Below are positions 21,770-29,748 of a stretch of 33,102 nucleotides of DNA, one piece after another. Position 1 is the first letter of the stretch; each line of letters opens with the position of its first letter. Source of the stretch: an uncultured Thermus sp. Lineage in GTDB: Bacteria; Deinococcota; Deinococci; Deinococcales; Thermaceae. The notes below the pieces were generated by a model. It was given only the letters and a program-made list of their open reading frames with translations, searched no databases and was not told where the DNA came from. The position numbers and the translations under genes are program-made. The stretch covers positions 1 to 33,102 of the forward strand of contig CAMTVD010000015.1 in the NCBI GenBank assembly GCA_947085095.1. Direction: 5' to 3'.

Positions 21770-22033
21770 ATGGGAGTGCAGGTCATGCCCGAGTGGAAGG
21801 CCAGGGCGCGGCGGCTGGCCCGGCGGGGGTACATCGTCAGCCTCCGGCGGGAGATGGGGCCCAGGGACGGGGAGGTGTGGTACCGGGCGGAGGCCTCCGT
21901 CATCCGGGAGGGCGGGTACAGGTCCTCCCGGCGGGTGGTGGCCCAAAGCGGCTGGACCTCCACGCCCGAGGAGGCCCTGGTCTGGCTTCAGGGGGAGCTG
22001 GGCATCTCGGAGGAGGAGCTATGGCGCGTCTGA
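21770..22033 (+). CDS. Hypothetical viral protein
   Basis: GGAGG RBS, Thermus-like codon usage, position within the operon. Confidence 0.65.
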   Translation: MGVQVMPEWKARARRLARRGYIVSLRREMGPRDGEVWYRAEASVIREGGYRSSRRVVAQSGWTSTPEEALVWLQGELGISEEELWRV

Positions 22034-22278
22034 TGAACGTCAAGGAGGCGGCGGAGTACCTGGGCGTGCCCGTGGGGTACATCTACGAGGCGATGCGGGC
22101 TATCCCCGGGCGGCCCACCCACCTGCGGCACATCCGCCTCGGGAAGAGGCGGTACACCACCCAGGAGTGGCTTGAGGAGTGGATCCAGCGGGTGGCCTCG
22201 GAGCCGGAGGCTTCGGCCTCGAGGCGGCCCATCCGCCTCATGGACGAGGCACCCCTGTTTGAGGAAGCGGAAGGCTAA
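22021..22278 (+). CDS. Second excisionase-like HTH protein
   Basis: MARLMNVKEAAEYLGVPVGYIYE...LRHIRLGKRRYTTQEWLEEWI with a GGAGGAG RBS. Confidence 0.82.
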   Translation: MARLMNVKEAAEYLGVPVGYIYEAMRAIPGRPTHLRHIRLGKRRYTTQEWLEEWIQRVASEPEASASRRPIRLMDEAPLFEEAEG

Positions 22279-22282
22279 TAGT

Positions 22283-22314
22283 CCCCCGGGGCGTGTCCCC
22301 CGGGGGCTCCTTTT
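22283..22314 (+). terminator. Hairpin/terminator upstream of rep
   Basis: CCCCCGGGG...CCCCGGGGG stem followed by CTCCTTTT, directly before the rep RBS. Confidence 0.55.
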
Positions 22315-22324
22315 GGAGGACCCT

Positions 22325-23560
22325 ATGGACTCAGAAACCCGCGCCAAGATTGAAGCCCTGAAGCAGAAGAGCCCCAAGCTGGCCCAGGCCCTGGAAGAGG
22401 CCTACCGGGCCATGCAAGAGCGCCAAGAAAGGGAGGTCCGTGATGAAAAGAGCGTCCAGGACGAGGAAAAACCCCCGGCCCAGACGGCTTTTACGGCCCC
22501 TGTCGCTACTGCGCCGGCTGATCCTACCCCCCTACCCCCGCAAGGCCCGGAAAAGGCGCCCAGGGAGGCGGAGCCGGTCCAGAAACTGACCACCTGGCGG
22601 GAGGTGCGGGAGTTTGAGTGGCAGGACTACCTGAATAAGGCGGAAGCCCTCCTTTCCCGATGGGGCCACCTGGAGCGCCTGGGCCCCCTGGCCCCCCTGG
22701 TCCGCCTTTTGCTGGCCTTCGCCATCCGCGAGGGGGCCAGGCAGGACCCCACCCGCGAGGCCCACGTCTTCCTGGCCCAATGGGAGGTGGCGAAGATGCT
22801 GGGGGTGTCCGAGCGCACGGTGGAGCGCTGGCTCAACGACCCCCGCTACGAGCGCTACCGCAAGGTGGCCCGTTGGTGGGTGGCCTGGGAAACCTGGTAC
22901 ACCTCGGGGACGGGCATCGGCCAGGAGAAGGCGGTGAAGGGGGGCACCCTGTGGAGGGTGCGGGTCCGCCCCCTGGTCCGCCCTGGCCGGCCCATGAAGG
23001 TCCTGGCCCCCTACCTGGCCCTCCCCTGGCGGGACCTGGGGGAGGACGCCCGGGAGGGCAGGACCCAGCGAGGGGTGAGCGCCCCAGACTCAATGTCGGG
23101 ATATAAAGATCTCCTCCTCTTAGGTAATGGGGTAACTCTCCGTAGCGTAGTGGGTAAGCCGTTAGCCACCTGGGAAAGCAAAAAAGCCCCGTTACTCTTC
23201 TATCCCGACACTGCCCGGAACATCCGGGAACTGCTCCGAGCTGCCTCCATCCCGGGGGGCAGGAACGGCCGCAGGAACTGGGCCCAGGCGGTGGCCAGCG
23301 CCATCGCCCAGGCCCTGGGGGATCAGAAAAGCTTGAGGTACTGGCTCAAGGTGGCCTGGGCGGCCCTCAGGGCCCTGGCCTTTGGGGGAGGGGAGGGGCC
23401 CATCCGCCTCCTCCTGCGGGTGGTGCTCATGGCCGAGGAGGCCCGCAAGGACGGCTTCGCCAGGAGCCCGGGGGCCTACGCCCAGGCCCTTCTGCGGCGG
23501 GAAGGCTGGTTTGACCTGGTGCGGCCCTACCAGGGCTTCAAGGTGGGGGTGGCGGCGTGA
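22325..23560 (+). CDS. Putative replication initiator (Thermus plasmid Rep-like, HTH)
   Basis: GGAGGA RBS, QWEVAKMLGVSERTVERWL HTH and GGTLWRVRVRP. Largest early gene. Function inferred from position and resemblance to Thermus plasmid Reps. Confidence 0.7.
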   Translation: MDSETRAKIEALKQKSPKLAQALEEAYRAMQERQEREVRDEKSVQDEEKPPAQTAFTAPVATAPADPTPLPPQGPEKAPREAEPVQKLTTWREVREFEWQDYLNKAEALLSRWGHLERLGPLAPLVRLLLAFAIREGARQDPTREAHVFLAQWEVAKMLGVSERTVERWLNDPRYERYRKVARWWVAWETWYTSGTGIGQEKAVKGGTLWRVRVRPLVRPGRPMKVLAPYLALPWRDLGEDAREGRTQRGVSAPDSMSGYKDLLLLGNGVTLRSVVGKPLATWESKKAPLLFYPDTARNIRELLRAASIPGGRNGRRNWAQAVASAIAQALGDQKSLRYWLKVAWAALRALAFGGGEGPIRLLLRVVLMAEEARKDGFARSPGAYAQALLRREGWFDLVRPYQGFKVGVAA

Positions 23561-23928
23561 GGCTGGACCGGGTGAACCTGGCGGCCATCACGGACGTCCT
23601 GCGGAGCATGGTGGAGGAGGCCTTGATGGAGCCCGGGAAGCGGGTGTCCATGGCCCTGCCCACCAGCCCCAAGGACGGGGTGCAGGTGTGGGTCAGGGCC
23701 ACGGAGGAGGGGCCCATCGTCCTGGCCATCCGGCGCCCCGGGGGCAAGGAGGACCCCCGGGAGATCCTGGCCCTGGCCAGGCACATGGGGCTCATCCCCC
23801 TGGGGGAACCGGAAACGCGGTACGGCAAGGACCCCAGGCCCCCTAAGGGCCCCCGGGCCTATCTGGTGCAGCGCTGCACCCTTGACCCCAGCGTCTGGGA
23901 AGGGCTTTCCCTGGATGAGGTAGCCTAG
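23557..23928 (+). CDS. Hypothetical viral protein
   Basis: GTGA overlap with rep and typical codon usage. Confidence 0.7.
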   Translation: MRLDRVNLAAITDVLRSMVEEALMEPGKRVSMALPTSPKDGVQVWVRATEEGPIVLAIRRPGGKEDPREILALARHMGLIPLGEPETRYGKDPRPPKGPRAYLVQRCTLDPSVWEGLSLDEVA

Positions 23929-23931
23929 GAG

Positions 23932-24324
23932 GTGAAGATGACCAGGAACACGGCGCTGAGTCTGGCGATCCTAGTGGCCATAGGGGCCTACTTCTGGGCC
24001 ATCTGGCCGGAGCGGCCGGCCGCCACGGCCGGGCAGGAGGGCCAAAGCGCCCCCCAGAGCCAGGTGGTCCACCTCGCCCCTCCTGAGGCCGAAGCGCCCG
24101 GGTGCGGCGGCCGAATCACGTGGGCAGCGCGAAGCGGGGCGGAGATCCGCCTGAGCTACGAGGGGGAGGCCTCCACCCTTTGGGTGCGGTGGCCGGGCGG
24201 GGAGGCCAAAGCCCGCGTGGAAGACGCCTGCACGGGCCAGGAGTGCCGCTTCACCCTGCCCCGGCCGGGCATCGCGGCCGTCCAGGTGGGCCTGGACGGG
24301 TGCGAGGCGCTGGAGCTTCCCTGA
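23932..24324 (+). CDS. Membrane-anchored protein with four Cys
   Basis: N-terminal TM helix, beta-rich C-terminus, GGAGG RBS (start may be ATG 23938). Confidence 0.7.
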   Translation: MKMTRNTALSLAILVAIGAYFWAIWPERPAATAGQEGQSAPQSQVVHLAPPEAEAPGCGGRITWAARSGAEIRLSYEGEASTLWVRWPGGEAKARVEDACTGQECRFTLPRPGIAAVQVGLDGCEALELP

Positions 24325-24341
24325 CACCTTTGCGCTAAAAT

Positions 24342-24635
24342 ATGCCCATGCCAACCATCACCAGGCGGCCCGGTAGGCGTGTGGTCAGGCTCATGACCCG
24401 GAAGCGGGACCCGGTAACCCCCTCCGCCCTCTCTATGGAAGACCTTCTGTACGTGCTCCTGGGGAACCGGGAGGCGGCCCGGTCCATCGTGGCGGAGACC
24501 GGGGGGGACCTCAGGAAGTTCGTGGGTATGGAGCTTCAGGACCTCACGGTCCTGCCCGGGGTGGGGGAGGGCACCGCGGCCAAGGTGGCCGCCCTTTTTG
24601 AGATCGTTACCCGTATCGTGCGTGGCCAGCGCTAA
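24342..24635 (+). CDS. RadC N-terminal-like helix-hairpin-helix protein (no JAB domain)
   Basis: LSMEDLLYVLLG...LTVLPGVGEGTAAKVAALFEI HhH pattern. TAAAAT lies 6 nt before ATG 24348, the probable leaderless start. Confidence 0.75.
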   Translation: MPMPTITRRPGRRVVRLMTRKRDPVTPSALSMEDLLYVLLGNREAARSIVAETGGDLRKFVGMELQDLTVLPGVGEGTAAKVAALFEIVTRIVRGQR

Positions 24636-24727
24636 AGGGCCGCCCTGCCCGGGCATTGCGGCCGGCCGCGGCGGCCGGCCGCTTTGCCCTTTTTTCCCAC
24701 GAGCCTGAAGGCCAGCCTGAGGGCGTG
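24636..24727 (+). promoter_or_regulatory. GC hairpin/terminator plus putative late promoter 1
   Basis: Two tandem 12-bp palindromes GCGGCCGGCCGC flanked by GGGCA/TGCCC and T6, then CAGCCTGAGGGCGTG (24713-24727). Confidence 0.6.
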
Positions 24728-25297
24728 GCCCAGTACCAGCGCAAGCCGGTAGACCCCCAGGCCCCCCTGCAACCGGGCAGGACCTACGAGCTGGTCCTGA
24801 AGCCCCAACGGGGCGACCTAAGCCGGGTAACCCGGGCCGACTTGGAGCGAGCCCTGAGGCAGAGGTACGGGGAGGTCCGGGTCCTGGACTGGGGAAGGCG
24901 CGGTGGGGACTGGGTGGTCCGGCTGACGCGGGATGGCTCGCCCTCGAGGGCCTCCCCTAACCCGCCAAGGTCCTTCAACCCGAGCCCTCCACCGGGAGGC
25001 GGAGGGTGCGGCCCCACGGGGTGCTACCAGCCCCTGGGGTACAGCGCCCTGGACGGGGCCATCCAGCCGGCCGCCCTGCCCGCCCTGCCCGCGGTCATCA
25101 CCGCGGCGGCGGTGGTCAGCATCCTCTACCTGGTCTGGCGCATCGTGGCGGACCTGAAGGAGGCGGTGGAGCTGGTGCCCGCCCCGGCCCGGGCGGCGGC
25201 GGTGGCGGGGGCCGGCATCGGGGCTGGAGCCCTGGGCCTGGCGGCCCTGGGGGTGGTGGTCCTGGCCCTTCTGGGCAGAAGGAGGAGGTATGCCTAA
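24725..25297 (+). CDS. Viral membrane protein (two C-terminal TMs)
   Basis: Probable GTG start at 24725. Hydrophobic C-terminal spans end in RRRRYA. Confidence 0.7.
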   Translation: MAQYQRKPVDPQAPLQPGRTYELVLKPQRGDLSRVTRADLERALRQRYGEVRVLDWGRRGGDWVVRLTRDGSPSRASPNPPRSFNPSPPPGGGGCGPTGCYQPLGYSALDGAIQPAALPALPAVITAAAVVSILYLVWRIVADLKEAVELVPAPARAAAVAGAGIGAGALGLAALGVVVLALLGRRRRYA

Positions 25298-25337
25298 GCG
25301 GAAGAGGAAGAAGGCGAAGAGGAAGAGCCGGAGGTAG
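25290..25337 (+). CDS. 15-aa Lys/Arg-rich peptide MPKRKRKKAKRKSRR
   Basis: AGGAGGAGGT RBS. Overlaps the upstream stop and ends 3 nt before the next ATG. Confidence 0.5.
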   Translation: MPKRKRKKAKRKSRR

Positions 25338-25340
25338 GCC

Positions 25341-25739
25341 ATGGGATTCCGCCTGACCCTACCGGACGAGGTCATGGGGGAGAAGGCGGTCCTGGAGTCC
25401 GGGGGCCAGGCCCAGGAGGTGCACGCCGTGCCCCTGGAGGAGGGGCGGCTTGACCCGGTGCTGGAGGAGGCCGTGGCCTCCCAACCCCGGGTGAGCCGCC
25501 CGCGCCAGGAGGCCTCCCCGGAGCCCCAGGCCCCGCCCGAGCCCGAAGTCCCATCCCCCTCCCCCCGGCAAAGGCCCGTCATCGGCGGCTACCTGGCCGC
25601 CCTCGGGGCGGGGGCCCTGGTCCTTCTGGGCCTGGCCCTGGGCATGAAAGGAGGAACTGGTGGAGAACCTGCACCCTCAGCCGGAGCCCCAGCCGGGCCC
25701 GGTGCTGGCGGGGGAGCCCCTACCCCCGACCTCTACTGA
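25341..25739 (+). CDS. Pro/Glu-rich single-TM viral protein
   Basis: GGAGG RBS and TM span IGGYLAALGAGALVLLGLALGM. Confidence 0.7.
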   Translation: MGFRLTLPDEVMGEKAVLESGGQAQEVHAVPLEEGRLDPVLEEAVASQPRVSRPRQEASPEPQAPPEPEVPSPSPRQRPVIGGYLAALGAGALVLLGLALGMKGGTGGEPAPSAGAPAGPGAGGGAPTPDLY

Positions 25740-26193
25740 CGATTCCGTAATGGGCTTCGCGCCCCTGGAAGGGGAGGAGGCCCCCTTCTCCGACCTCCCC
25801 CCGGAGCCCGAGCCCGTCATCCCCTTCACCGGGGCGGAGCTGGTCCAGGCCGCCACCTGGATCCTGGTCTTCGGCCTCAGGCTGGAGACCCCCGAGGAGG
25901 TCCAGACCTTCAGCGAGGCCTTCCAGCGGGGCATCGTGCCCATGCTCCCCCCCGCCCAGGTCCTGGACATGCTCAAGGTGGGGGAGGCCCTGGCCCAGTA
26001 CGGGATAGGGAAAAACCGCCTCCCCGGCATGGGGGGCCTGGACAGGCTGCCCCCCTGGCTTCGCATCCTTCTCGGGGGCCTCATCGTGGGGCTTTCCGCG
26101 TACGGAGGTGCCCGTGCGGTCCAAGAGGTTCGGCGCGCTAGCGCTTCTTCTGGTCTTGGGGGTGGTCCTCATGCTGAACCGGCCCAGGCCTAG
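25660..26193 (+). CDS. Viral membrane protein
   Basis: AAAGGAGG RBS before GTG 25660, and a C-terminal TM helix. Confidence 0.7.
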   Translation: MENLHPQPEPQPGPVLAGEPLPPTSTDDSVMGFAPLEGEEAPFSDLPPEPEPVIPFTGAELVQAATWILVFGLRLETPEEVQTFSEAFQRGIVPMLPPAQVLDMLKVGEALAQYGIGKNRLPGMGGLDRLPPWLRILLGGLIVGLSAYGGARAVQEVRRASASSGLGGGPHAEPAQA

Positions 26194-26716
26194 TCCTTCC
26201 GGGACCCACATCGTCCTCGATCCCGGCCACGGCGGGCAGGACCCCGGGGCGGTGGACCCCGCCACGGGCACCAAAGAGGCCGACTTGAACCTGGCTCAAG
26301 CCCTGACCCTCAAGGAGTACCTGGTGGCGCTGGGGTACAGGGTGGGTTTCACCCGGACCACGGACGAAACTTTGTCCCTTACCGAGCGCATCGCCCGGGC
26401 CCGCAGGGTGGGGGCCCGCCTCTTCGTCAGCGTGCACCATGACATGGCCACGGCCACGCGGCCTGGGGTTTACCATTCCCCTCACCCGGCTTCGGAAAAT
26501 CTGGCCCGCACCATCGCGGCTGCCCTGGGCCAGGATGCCTGGGTACGGCCCAGCAGCGCTAGCCGCCATGGCCGGCTTTACATAGACGACTTCCCCGGGC
26601 CAGCGGTCCTCATTGAGTTCGGGCCTACCCGGCCCGTATCCCGCGAGGAGCGCATTGCCCGGGCTAGAGCTGTGGCCACGCCCATTGCTGAGTTCGCCCG
26701 GAGGTACGTGGCGTGA
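26171..26716 (+). CDS. N-acetylmuramoyl-L-alanine amidase (Amidase_3), putative endolysin
   Basis: IVLDPGHGGQDPGA, E..LNL, TRTTD..LSL.ER, FVSVHHD and PAVLIEFG motifs. Confidence 0.92.
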   Translation: MLNRPRPSPSGTHIVLDPGHGGQDPGAVDPATGTKEADLNLAQALTLKEYLVALGYRVGFTRTTDETLSLTERIARARRVGARLFVSVHHDMATATRPGVYHSPHPASENLARTIAAALGQDAWVRPSSASRHGRLYIDDFPGPAVLIEFGPTRPVSREERIARARAVATPIAEFARRYVA

Positions 26717-26795
26717 GCCGGAGGTGGACTCAAAAGGACAGCCTAGGCCGGGCCGTCCGCTTGGCCCTGACGTTGCGGCATTTCAGGGGGGAAGC

Positions 26796-27353
26796 ATGAG
26801 GCGCGAGGTGGTGTGTCGCGCGGTCTATCGGGACGCTAAGGGGCGCTTCGCTAAGCCCCCGGAAAAGCCAAAACGGGTAGAGCTGACCCCCCTACCCTCT
26901 CCGGCGAAGGTCTACAAGGACCGCGAGGTGGTCAAGGTAGAGGAGCGGGGCCGGGTGGTACGGGTGCGGTTCCTGCCCCCACCGGATATCCGGCGTATGA
27001 AGCGGGAAGCCAGGCTGAGTGGGGACAAGGAAACTTTGAGGCAGATCAAGGCATGGGAAGAGGAAGTCAAGCGCTTGGCCGCGGAGGACTATCTGAAGGC
27101 CCGTAGGTCCGGGGAATGGACCAAGCGGATGGAAAAGGCCCACCGGAGCGGCATAGCCGCTAAGGGTGGGAAGGCTGCGGCCCGGAATAGGAAGAAGCAA
27201 AAAGAGTTAGAGGCCAAGCTGGACGACTTTTCCACCCCCGCCCTCTTGAGCCGCTACCAGGCCAGGGGTGGGGATGAGGTGGAGAAGAGGGCCATAGCCG
27301 CGGTTCTTGAGAGGAGGGGCGTGAAGGTGGATGCGCCCAAGAAAAGGAGGTAA
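26796..27353 (+). CDS. Highly basic protein (position of the P23-77 VP11-like minor capsid gene)
   Basis: Lys/Arg-rich 185 aa with an RDAKGRF motif, upstream of the ATPase. Assignment is by synteny only. Confidence 0.6.
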   Translation: MRREVVCRAVYRDAKGRFAKPPEKPKRVELTPLPSPAKVYKDREVVKVEERGRVVRVRFLPPPDIRRMKREARLSGDKETLRQIKAWEEEVKRLAAEDYLKARRSGEWTKRMEKAHRSGIAAKGGKAAARNRKKQKELEAKLDDFSTPALLSRYQARGGDEVEKRAIAAVLERRGVKVDAPKKRR

Positions 27354-27355
27354 GC

Positions 27356-27544
27356 ATGGACTTTGTGAGGCAAAACGCCTTTACCATAGCCGTCCTGGCC
27401 GGCGGGGTCTACCTGGGCCTGGGGCGGCTGAAGAACCTCAGGGAGAAGCAGGGGTGCCCCCGGTGCGAGACGGCCCAGGCCGCGGTGGCCTTCGCCCTGG
27501 CCGCCTGGGCCGGGTGGGAGCTGTGGCAGGCTTATAGGGCCTAA
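27356..27544 (+). CDS. Small two-TM protein with CxxC
   Basis: AGGAGG RBS, and GCPRCE between two hydrophobic spans. Confidence 0.75.
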   Translation: MDFVRQNAFTIAVLAGGVYLGLGRLKNLREKQGCPRCETAQAAVAFALAAWAGWELWQAYRA

Positions 27545-27553
27545 AATGGAGGC

Positions 27554-27763
27554 ATGGTCTTGCCGGCCAAAGTACAGCGTGCCCTTGAACGCTTCAAGAA
27601 GGCCTACGGGCCTAGGTGGGAGGCTGAGCTGGAACGGCTTTTGGAAGAGGAGGCCCGCCGCAGGGAGGCCAAAAAGGAGCTTTCCGCCTTCCTTGCCAAG
27701 GTGAGCGGGCGCTCCAAGCTGACCGAAGAGGAGATCTTCCGCCGGCTTGAGGGTCGTCCTTGA
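27554..27763 (+). CDS. Putative antitoxin of a PIN-type TA pair
   Basis: Small charged helical protein ending LTEEEI. Has its own TAAAAT box 6 nt upstream and overlaps the PIN gene. Confidence 0.65.
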   Translation: MVLPAKVQRALERFKKAYGPRWEAELERLLEEEARRREAKKELSAFLAKVSGRSKLTEEEIFRRLEGRP

Positions 27764-27983
27764 CACCAACGTCTTGGTGGCCGCCCTCCTAAAAAAGGGC
27801 AAAGCTTACCGCCTTGTCCAGTATGGCCTCAAAGGAAACCGCTTGGGCATCGCTGTTGCGGGAAAGGCGGAGTATTTGGTAACGGGGGACAAGGACCACC
27901 TGCTTTCCTTGGGTAAGGTGGGTAAGACAAGGATCATTTCCCTGAGCGCTTTCCTCAAGCAGATATCTCCTTATGGGCGGTAG
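27747..27983 (+). pseudogene. PIN-domain toxin with apparent internal in-frame deletion
   Basis: RVVLDTNVLVAAL and AVAGKAEYLVTGDKDHLL termini are present in only 78 aa. The central segment, including the usual RDPDD motif, is missing. Confidence 0.75.
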
Positions 27984-28650
27984 GCAGACCTTCCGGCTCC
28001 TCATCGTGGGCAAGTCCGGGTCGGGCAAGAGCACCCTGGCCCGGGAGGTGATCCGGCGCATGGAAGGGCGCTACCGCCACCTGGTCATCGTCAACCGCAA
28101 AGTGGAGTTCGCCGAGCTGGCCCAGGGGCGCTACCGGGTGAGCGAGGCGGGGGACCCCAGGCCTGCCCTCAAGCGCCACCGGCGGGTCATCTTCCACGTA
28201 ACGGGCTACGACCCCCGTCCCTTTCTGGACGCCCTGGGCCAGGAGCTGATGCGCCTAAGGGACGTCCTCCTGGTGGTGGACGAGGCCTACCACTTCTTCC
28301 CCCGGGGGGCGGTGCCGAAGGGGCTTTTTGAGGTCCTGACCGGGGGCAGGGAGCTGGGCCACAACGCCCTCTTCGTCACCCAGATGATCCAGGGGACCAC
28401 GGGGGGCATAGACCCCGGAGTGAGGAAGCAGGCCTCGCACCTGGTGGCCTTCCGCGTAACCGAGCCCAACGACGTGCGGGCGGTGGCGGAGCACTTCCCC
28501 GAGCTGGGAGAAAAGGTGCGGGAGCTGAAGCGCCCCGAGGGAGGTTTGCCCCCCGAGTACGCGGTGAAGAACCTGGACCGGGAGGAGGCAGGCCTGGTCC
28601 TCAGGGACCCCAGGGACCCCAGGCAAAGGGTCTGGATCAGGCTCGCCTAG
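27973..28650 (+). CDS. Genome packaging ATPase (FtsK/HerA, PRD1 P9-like)
   Basis: Walker A GKSGSGKST, Walker B LLVVDEAY, GRELG, FVTQ and VRKQASHLVAFR. Lies upstream of the capsid genes. Confidence 0.9.
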   Translation: MGGRQTFRLLIVGKSGSGKSTLAREVIRRMEGRYRHLVIVNRKVEFAELAQGRYRVSEAGDPRPALKRHRRVIFHVTGYDPRPFLDALGQELMRLRDVLLVVDEAYHFFPRGAVPKGLFEVLTGGRELGHNALFVTQMIQGTTGGIDPGVRKQASHLVAFRVTEPNDVRAVAEHFPELGEKVRELKRPEGGLPPEYAVKNLDREEAGLVLRDPRDPRQRVWIRLA

Positions 28651-28654
28651 CCCG

Positions 28655-28768
28655 TTTGGCCGCGGCGGCCGGGCGCGGTGCCCGGCCGCTTCGCCCTTTT
28701 TGTGGCCGCCCTGCCCGGCCGCGCCGCCCTTTATTTCCTCTTCCTCCCCTCTTCAGCCTGAGGGCGTG
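28655..28768 (+). promoter_or_regulatory. GC hairpin/terminator plus putative late promoter 2
   Basis: GCGGCCGGGC/GCCCGGCCGC stem with T5, then CAGCCTGAGGGCGTG (28754-28768), identical to the copy at 24713. Confidence 0.6.
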
Positions 28769-28780
28769 CAAGGAGGATAG

Positions 28781-29212
28781 ATGGCGGAAACGGCGGCAAA
28801 CGTGGCGGCGCAGGACATGCGCAAGCTGGCGTCCACCAGCAACCCCCTCGAGGTCATCCAGAACCCCATCGTCATCAGCGTGAGCCTGGGGGTCCTGGGC
28901 GGCTACCTGGCCCGCAAGGCGCTCTATACCTCTAGGCGCGACCTCTTCGGCTGGGCCGACAAGGGACCTGACGGGCGGATCCGCTACTACGACGTCACGA
29001 AGGATGCGAAGGGCAACATCGTTGCCGATAAAACGAAGGAGGTCCCAAACGCCCGCATGAACCGCATCCTCTTGAACCTCGCGGGGGTGGTCCTGGGGTC
29101 GCTCCTCATCAACAACAAGCTCACCGACGACCCCATGGTGGACTACATCGGCCTAGGTCTAGCGGCAGGTTCCTTTGCGAACCTCGTCATGGTCATTTTG
29201 GACATTGAGTAA
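28781..29212 (+). CDS. Virion membrane protein (VP15-like position)
   Basis: AAGGAGGA RBS, three hydrophobic spans, located between the ATPase and the small MCP. Confidence 0.75.
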   Translation: MAETAANVAAQDMRKLASTSNPLEVIQNPIVISVSLGVLGGYLARKALYTSRRDLFGWADKGPDGRIRYYDVTKDAKGNIVADKTKEVPNARMNRILLNLAGVVLGSLLINNKLTDDPMVDYIGLGLAAGSFANLVMVILDIE

Positions 29213-29223
29213 GGAGGAGGAAG

Positions 29224-29739
29224 ATGCAGGAAGCTTTCAACCGGATCAAGGCGCTCAGGCCCAACGCCCGGCCCATCACCATCCTGAAGGGCGGGCCGGA
29301 CTACCAGGAGTACACGGGCAGGCAGCGGCGGCTGGTGTCCCGCTTCGTGGTGCCCGCGGGGGCCTCGTGGGTGGTGCCCAACCCCGTGCCCGTGGTGCTC
29401 AAGCTCTACGACTCCGGCGGCAACCAGGTGCCCCACTCCACGGACGTGTTCCTGGCCCGGAAGACCAAGGGGTACGACTTCCCGGAGTTCCTGGGCAAGA
29501 TCCAGTACGCCGCCTACCACGACCTCTCCGAGGCCCAGCAGCGGGACGCCAAGTACTACCAGAACATCCTGGCCACCCTCTCCCCCATCCGGTCGGATAG
29601 CCCGCCGGGCTTCCTCTTCAAGGAGGGGGAGATGCTGGAGGTCTACGTGGAGCTGGACGCCGGGATCACCCTCAACCTCAACGACCCCAGGACCCGGCTG
29701 GAACTGCCCGTCGGGGTGGACAACTCCAACCCCGCCTAG
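29224..29739 (+). CDS. Small major capsid protein (P23-77 VP16-like, single jelly roll)
   Basis: [47 protein letters not shown] and [20 protein letters not shown] closely match the recalled VP16 sequence. Confidence 0.93.
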   Translation: MQEAFNRIKALRPNARPITILKGGPDYQEYTGRQRRLVSRFVVPAGASWVVPNPVPVVLKLYDSGGNQVPHSTDVFLARKTKGYDFPEFLGKIQYAAYHDLSEAQQRDAKYYQNILATLSPIRSDSPPGFLFKEGEMLEVYVELDAGITLNLNDPRTRLELPVGVDNSNPA

Positions 29740-29748
29740 GAGGTGAGC

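Noticed and set aside
27973..28650. ATPase as a conjugative VirB4/coupling protein (ICE interpretation)
   Set aside because: Only 225 aa and adjacent to recognisable capsid genes. No relaxase or T4SS genes are present.
24636..28768. GC-rich repeats as a CRISPR array or REP family
   Set aside because: Only two copies 4 kb apart, with no regular repeat-spacer pattern and no cas genes.
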